Source: Albugo candida
Lineage: Eukaryota
Assembly (NCBI GenBank): GCA_040437565.1
Contig: JBDOQK010000004.1
Location: 310,001-374,000 of the forward strand
Direction: 5' to 3'
Length of the DNA: 64,000 nt
Made by a program: the position numbers and the translations under genes. The notes under the pieces were generated by a model. The model was not told the DNA's origin. It searched no databases and saw nothing but the letters and a program-made list of their open reading frames with translations. Of the stretch, positions 57,710 to 64,000 are shown piece after piece; the stretch's first letter is position 1; each line of letters opens with the position of its first letter.

Positions 57710-57836
57710 ATATTTTCCAAGCTTATTGCTTGGGTGGGCTCAAACCGCTGCCCACACTGCCGGGAATCGAACTAACGACCTCCGGCAGGGGGTCCGTGCG
57801 CTCAAGTGCTAAACCGACTGAGCTGGGTACGGACCC
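57710..57836 (-). mobile_element. tRNA-derived SINE-like element or tRNA pseudogene (runs into a gap)
   Basis: Minus strand has A-box-like CAGCTCAGTCGG (57814-57825) and B-box-like AGTTCGATTCC (57763-57773); T and acceptor stems pair poorly, so not a functional tRNA. Confidence 0.65.
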
Positions 57837-59053
57837 TGCGACCTTGTTTTAGAGACAACACCGCGCAGAGACCTACCCAAAAATGAACAACGACTTTCAG
57901 CCTTCAACTATGAGGATAGACCTTCAGACACTGCTACATAGAATGAACCGAGGCGCGAATGTAGTGAACTCCAAGCATACTCTTGATTTTAGCGGATTCT
58001 ACGTAACCCACCAATCAAATAAAATAGGTTTGGAAAACCATTTTTTCAACCTTTTCCCTGTCCAATGCTATGATTTGAATTCATAATGCTAAAGACTCTA
58101 TTATCACATTTGATGTAGCCAGAAATCTATAATTCAATAAATGCACCATTCATTTTATCGAAATGTCGTGCCTTCAGCCAATAACTTCACCACCGATGTT
58201 ATCAACTAAATCAAGTACCGCGCTAGCGGCAAACTTTGTTAACGTCGCAACCCTGTTGTTGTTGGGACACTTGTACTTGGGTGACTGTATGATTGCATGA
58301 TAGAAGATGAATCGTCACCATTTTCCGATGGCGTCGGAAGTATCTCACTCCCAGCGAGATTGTCCAGGGTGGTGAAAGCGGTACACGTGCAAAAAATGTA
58401 CGTACTCCTGCCTCGTTACAGGCAAGTGGTGCCGTTCCAACAAGCGCAGACGCGAAAAGATCCCTACCTCAACGGAGACTTTGCAGGTTTCAAGTAGCCT
58501 TGGGAAAGACAAGAATTAAGCAGCAGAGTAGTCGCAAGGGTTCATGCCTGTCAACAGCTTGTGCACCTGCCAGCGACTAACCAGACTCTGAGTGAAGGGT
58601 GTTACATCAATGTATTTAGAATACGCTTGGAGGAAGAACGGATCAGTATCACCCGTTTCTCTGTTCTCAATGACGCAAGATATTTCCTAAAAATAGATTT
58701 AACTAAAAAAGTCGTGATTTCGACGTGGAAAGTCTACTTCGGTCCTTCTCAACAACTGTCATTCTTGGTATAGTATATGGACAAATCGTGTACGAGAAAC
58801 GGCTCTTCCCAGTACATGAAATCTTCAACCCACCCGCTTCGACTCGAACGAGCACTTTTGGGTGACGTGGCCTTGTTATGTGAATTTAGGGGCGAAAAAA
58901 ATGGAAAGCAAAAACACAACAAAAGATAATAGTGGTGACCAACAACATGTTGACTTGACTACCCAAAAATAGCATACGATGGGAAGGAAGCTGAAAACAA
59001 GAATTCCAATAAGCATCACATTACCCGGCTCATCACGATTCCTTAAATCACCC

Positions 59054-59457
59054 CGTCCACCTATTACATTTGTCAGACAATCCAACTGTGACAGCATCAA
59101 GGGATGAGAATATCACAATGCAACTCGTTTGGTCACGAGGCAAAAATCATAGTGTCAAAACCTCAGGCCCAACCTGGTTCGACAACCAGTGATTATCACT
59201 GATTGNNNNNNNNNNNNNNNNNNNNNNNNNNNNNNNNNNNNNNNNNNNNNNNNNNNNNNNNNNNNNNNNNNNNNNNNNNNNNNNNNNNNNNNNNNNNNNN
59301 NNNNNCGTCCACCTATTACATTTGTCAGACAATCCAACTGTGACAGCATCAAGGGATGAGAATATCACAATGCAACTCGTTTGGTCACGAGGCAAAAATC
59401 ATAGTGTCAAAACCTCAGGCCCAACCTGGTTCGACAACCAGTGATTATCACTGATTG
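59054..59457. repeat. Apparently identical 152-bp duplicate (59054-59205 / 59306-59457) flanking a 100-N gap; likely assembly overlap
   Basis: Direct comparison; no differences seen. Confidence 0.9.
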
Positions 59458-60270
59458 CTAGCATTGTTGGAGATAGAAGAAATCGAAGCTGTTTGCCAAT
59501 TTAGTGAATGATAAGCGCATCTAAACAATATTTACTATACTCAGTAATTCAGAACGGTGGCCACCTTAAAACAGACGCCAAACCTTTACCGAAAACGACA
59601 CATAGCGATCCGAATACAGGAGGGAACAACACAAATTGGCGAGGTGAGAGAGCTCACCTGAAGTGATCTCAAAAACGCTCTCTCTCCACTCATTTCAGAC
59701 GGACAGATTCGTCTAAGCCAATAACAAACAATATATGTGCAAAGGCTGGCCCTGCTCTGCAAAAAACACACATGTTTAAAGGATGATACAGCTCTCCACA
59801 AATCCAGAAAAATTATTCCGAGCGGCGCTTGACCATTTGCTCATTATAAAAGGTGCGCTTATCACATGCATGGAATTAAATTATCGTGCCATGGACGAAA
59901 TAGCGCATGTAATTCTGACCAATCGAGTGCTTGGTGTGCACAATCTCGGCGAAGATGTTATAGTGCAAGACACTTATAATCATACCCCCACTAATTTCTG
60001 CGGCCAAGTAAAATAAATTGTAATATCTAGGAAGCTACTATCCGGACCCCCCTCCTTACATATGTTTTATATTTTTGATAACCCCCCCCTATTTAGGTTA
60101 ATAAATGGAATACGCTATAGCCACACCCTTAACCTAACTGAGAGCACCGGTATCGCCACACCCCCTGCATACATTGCTATACGTACGCTAACGTGAATAC
60201 ACTGTTCTCACTATGCCATTTGCTCCACCCCGGGACACACTATGATACCTATGAGCCCTTCGGATAGTTC

Positions 60271-60698
60271 TTGTCGTCGCGTGCCGATCGAAAATGTTAC
60301 AAAAAATGTGGTACCGTGATATCGAACCCAAGGGAGATTATTGACGAATTCAGAGATCATTGGTGTGGTGTCATGGGCTCTCTTTATAGCTCCGAGACCG
60401 ACTCAGATGATCCATGTGAAAGAAAGCAAAAAAAGTTACTCTATTTGATTCAAGTTTCCCTTGCCTCAGCAGAGCAAGAACGTCTCTCAACTCGGTTAAG
60501 TACGACCGAGACAGCGGAAGCGATCAAGCACATAAAGAGTAGTTCTTCTCCAGGTATGGATGGACTACCAGCTGCATTTTATCAGCTTGATCCGGAAACG
60601 TTTGGAGAGTGTCTAAAGATAGTGTTCGAATATCAGCTGGAACGAGGAATTTTACTTCGATCACAACGTCACTCAGCAATCACACTTTTATACAAAAA
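60271..60698 (+). mobile_element. Non-LTR (LINE) retrotransposon ORF2 fragment at the start of the RT region
   Basis: AEAIKHIKSSSSPGMDGLPAAFYQ...FEYQLERGILLRSQRHSAITLLYK matches the LINE kSPGxDG...itLlyK signature; truncated by the gap. Confidence 0.85.
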
Positions 60699-60798
60699 NN
60701 NNNNNNNNNNNNNNNNNNNNNNNNNNNNNNNNNNNNNNNNNNNNNNNNNNNNNNNNNNNNNNNNNNNNNNNNNNNNNNNNNNNNNNNNNNNNNNNNNN

Positions 60799-63279
60799 TA
60801 AAGCAATGCTTCTCGCAAGGAATTATTGTCGGGAAGGGCGGTGAGACTATAGGATTTCGCGGTTGGCTTCCGAGGATTCGCATTTTGATTACAACACGGC
60901 ATGTTCGTCGGGTTGCAACGCTAAATGACGAGGCGAATGAGCAACTAAGAGACGTACTGCAGAATGGAGCAGAAAATGAACTGGAATAGCTTGCGCACAC
61001 GCGTCAAGCTGGGCATTTTGCTACGGACAAGGCTGAGAAAACTCGTCAAGTGCAAGACGCGACGTCAAATGACTAGTTGATTCCTGGGAATCCGAAATAT
61101 CACGAAGCGGAACTATTCGTACAACAGCACGACTTTCCCAGAGAATCAAGAAAAAGCCGATTCACAAAGCGAAAGCGGACTTGGATATTTTGACTGCTTT
61201 TAAACCAGAGCGTGTGATTGTTAATGCAGTTAGTACGGCTATTACGGTGGACCAATCGCCGGGATCTAATGATGCTGTACACGCTGCCGTTCCTGCCGAG
61301 ACACAAGTGTTTCAAGGTGAATCCGCGCATCTACCAGATCTGAGAAATCACAGAGAGGCTATGAGAAGTCCCGATAAAGAACTTTGGATTCGGGCCCACC
61401 GTGAGAAGCTAGCGTCATTGCATGCAAATCACATGTAGAGGGTCGTCAAAGCAGAACCAAATGTGCCCCGGTTGCATACAAAATGGGTGTATAAAAAGAT
61501 ACAGACCACTGATGGAGGCGTTGAACGATATAAAGCACGACTGGTAGCCTGTGGAAATGAACAGATGCTAGGCGTGAACTTCCTGTTAACCTTCGCTGCA
61601 GTGCTGGATATGACAAGCGCGAAAGCCATTTTTGCTATCGCATGGATTTGGCGTGTCCCATCCAGGCATTCTGATGTGCCAAGTGCGTACGTACGGGCAG
61701 CTAAAGAAGATGGCGTGGACATGCATCTCTTTATTACCGACGGTATGCATTTCACCCCGTAGGAGATTCCTGAGTACGGGTGCTCACGTCCAAGGATCTG
61801 TCACTGTGTTTGGAACGAAGCTTGTATGGACTGAAACAGGCAGACCGACTATGGAATCAGCTCCTCCATGCGACCTTAACAAACATTGGTTATGAGCAAT
61901 GCATCACCGATACATGTCTGTACCACAAGTCTGACGCTGACGGAACGACGTTGGTCGGAACTTATGTTGATGATCTTCTGGTGACTGGTACGAGCAACCA
62001 GTGTGTCGATGCTTTTTTCTCGCAAATGAAATGTCTAGAATCAAAGGATCTTGGGCTTGCCGAGAAATTTCTTGGGATGCGTTGTCATTTTGACGAAACC
62101 CATGGATACCAGTTTGATCAAGAAGCCACCATTCGCGAGTTATTACAAAAGCATGGACTCGACAAAACTAATGCTGTGCGATGCCCAATGTGCAGAGAGA
62201 ACCTGGAGTAGGCGTGTTACTGCCGGCAAATGGGCCTGGTACATCTGAATACCCAAACATCAAGACATTTCAGTCGCTATTCGGAAGTTTCGTTTGAATT
62301 GCTCGCTCTACGCGACCGGACATCTCTTTTGATGTGCACCGCTCGTCTCGACGTGCCCATTTTTCTATGGTCTTTGATTTCAAATTAGCAAAACGTGTCG
62401 CTCGGTACTTGGCTGGAAGTCCTGGCCTGAAATGGGCGATGAAGCGCGATGGCAAACCCGGCCTTCCACTCAGAATAGAGTGCTTTCCCGATGCCGATTT
62501 TTCTGGAGACAAACAAGATAGAAAGTCTGTCAGCGGTGGCATTGTTCGTATCAACGGAATGGCCGTGGTTGGCACTGCAAGAAGCAAACGGCAGTGGCTT
62601 TATCAACTGCTAAGGCGGAATATGTTGCTGCGTCTATTGGCGACAAAGATACTCTTGGACTAAAAGAATTGACTGGTGAGCTCGGTCTTCCAATTACACT
62701 TCCGATGTGAACGAATATGGACAGCCAGGCTGCTATCAAACAAGTGGAAAACGAAGGCAGATTAAGCCAGGCAAGCATGTGGATGTACGCCTGAAGTTTA
62801 TTGGCGATTACTACCGAAAAGTCGCTATTCAACCGACCTTCGTGACAACGCGCAATATGCTAGCTGACCTCCTGACCATGGCTATTTCAGCGCCTCGGAT
62901 TCAAACTTTGGAGCTGCTGTTGATTTCGAGTAGGCGCAAGACCTGGGGAGGAGTGTTGGAAGATGATGCCTGATCGAGTGAGATCTTGCCGGGTCTTCGG
63001 CCGTCTCGGTGACACCGTCTACCAGCATCTGCTGTTTTGAGTGCAGCAGGTGATAGGCGAGAGCGATTAGGGTGTGAGAAGACGTAGGTACGGAAAAATT
63101 CGGATAATACAGAAGTCTGCTATTAATACTTCTTTGAACCACGCTGTCCTGATTCAATACGCAGCATCCCAGATTTAAAGGCTTGAAGTGTAGAAGCACG
63201 GGATAGTATGTAAGAAGATTCTCGCGGTGCGGACCCGGCGAAGCAGAAGCGCTCCAAAGGAAATGGAACAGCAGCAACA
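60799..63279 (+). mobile_element. Disrupted Ty1/Copia LTR retrotransposon (integrase C-terminus, RT, RNase H, PPT, 3' LTR)
   Basis: KWVYKKIQTTDGGVERYKARLVACG, SLYGLKQA, VGTYVDDLLVTG, DADFSGDKQDRKSVSG, KHVDVRLKFI, MLADLLT; in-frame stops and frameshifts; PPT GGGGAGGAG at 62945-62953. Confidence 0.95.
62954..63279 (+). repeat. Putative 3' LTR (326 bp)
   Basis: Starts TGTTG after the PPT; CAACA at 63275-63279 gives inverted termini. Confidence 0.6.
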
Positions 63280-64000
63280 GTGAAGGATATAATGCTGGAG
63301 CCCTGAATGTAAAGAAAGCTATTCTAGTAAGGATAAAGAGAAGTTCTTCTTTGATGTGGCTGAGATACGGAATTTATTCACACTATTGGACTTCGGATTG
63401 GATTGCAGAATCGTATTCGTAGGATTGATGGGCATCTTCTAATCAAATACACTCGTTCTTTTGAGTCAGAAAACAACGCCAATGAAAATAAATACGATCG
63501 GAAGCACGCCAATATGGTCAAAACGTCGCGTTATTCTGGATTGTGTGGAATTTTCCACGTCTAGTGGACATTTCATCTGTAGAAATTTGGAGGTGATGGT
63601 AAACGAAAAGACAAATTTCTGACATTATTAATCGATGGGGTATCTTCCATTGCCTCAGTCATCACGTGTTAGACCAGCAGAGAGAAACACCCAATGTGAT
63701 ATTCTTTCAGTGCTATTTCGGGAGCAGCGAGACAAATAAGAAAAAAACATGGATCAAAGATAGTACCCTTCGTTTCGTTTGCTAGAATAATGCGACGAAG
63801 CTTGCTATTCCAACGACATCAACGTCTTTGATGAGAAATGTTATGGATCGAAAACAGTATCCGTTTGACAAAAAATTCGTTGATGAGCGAAAACTCAGAT
63901 GATGTTATTGGAGTGGTCAAGGCTGAGGATCAAAGGGATGCTGTTAATGGAAATTCTCGTGCCAAAATTCCAAGAAGCAAAAGAAAAGTCACAAAATGGA

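Noticed and set aside
57750..57836. Functional tRNA gene
   Set aside because: T stem and acceptor stem do not pair properly and no clear anticodon arm is present.
58100..58780. Possible mobile-element or gene fragment
   Set aside because: No recognisable motif in any frame I read.
59054..59457. 152-bp direct repeat
   Set aside because: Same gap-flanking, identical-copy pattern; likely an assembly artefact.
60271..61000. Apparent LINE RT-Copia integrase fusion ORFs (60271-60801, 60609-60989)
   Set aside because: The frames run through N bases; the parts belong to different element classes joined only by scaffolding.
61429..62973. Stop-codon readthrough or recoding in the Copia pol
   Set aside because: Stops are mixed (TAG, TGA) and accompanied by frameshifts, consistent with decay; host genes use standard stops.
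63300..64000. Coding-like sequence after the LTR
   Set aside because: Frames I read contain frequent stops and no recognisable family.
1..64000. CRISPR arrays, rRNA, snRNA, operons or prokaryotic defence systems
   Set aside because: None seen; the DNA is intron-containing eukaryotic sequence with no repeat-spacer arrays or recognisable rRNA/snRNA motifs.

Overview
Eukaryotic scaffold DNA with many short (about 35-110 nt) spliceosomal introns. The gene content (START-FYVE-GAF fusion, CCT protein, MADS box, WW-cyclin-Y) points to an oomycete; the tight packing and short introns resemble Albugo (inference, not proven). Two gene-dense blocks (about 1.5-21.5 kb and 32.8-54.9 kb) carry about 20 genes: a coiled-coil protein, CFAP77-like, glucosidase II beta, TGS1, a TPR protein, CUE-CCCH, an unknown protein, IFT20, threonine dehydratase, PH-SEC14, PB1-LIR-UBA, ankyrin-Ig, CCT, WW-cyclin Y, START-FYVE-GAF, COA7, DZIP1, C2CD3, an SDR, SDF2-like, NIFK/Nop15 and a MEF2-type MADS box. 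Two gene-sparse blocks (about 22.8-32.8 kb and 55-64 kb) carry decayed Copia LTR elements, a LINE RT fragment, a tRNA-derived SINE-like element and possible effector pseudogenes. There are five 100-N gaps, three flanked by duplicated sequence. I found no clear-cut new multi-gene system. The best leads are the head-to-head DZIP1/C2CD3 pair among four cilium genes, a minimal p62/NBR1-like receptor, an ankyrin plus bacterial-Ig-like gene present as two divergent copies, an atypical glucosidase II beta, and two GC-AG introns. All exon models were assembled by eye, and family calls come from remembered motifs rather than database searches.
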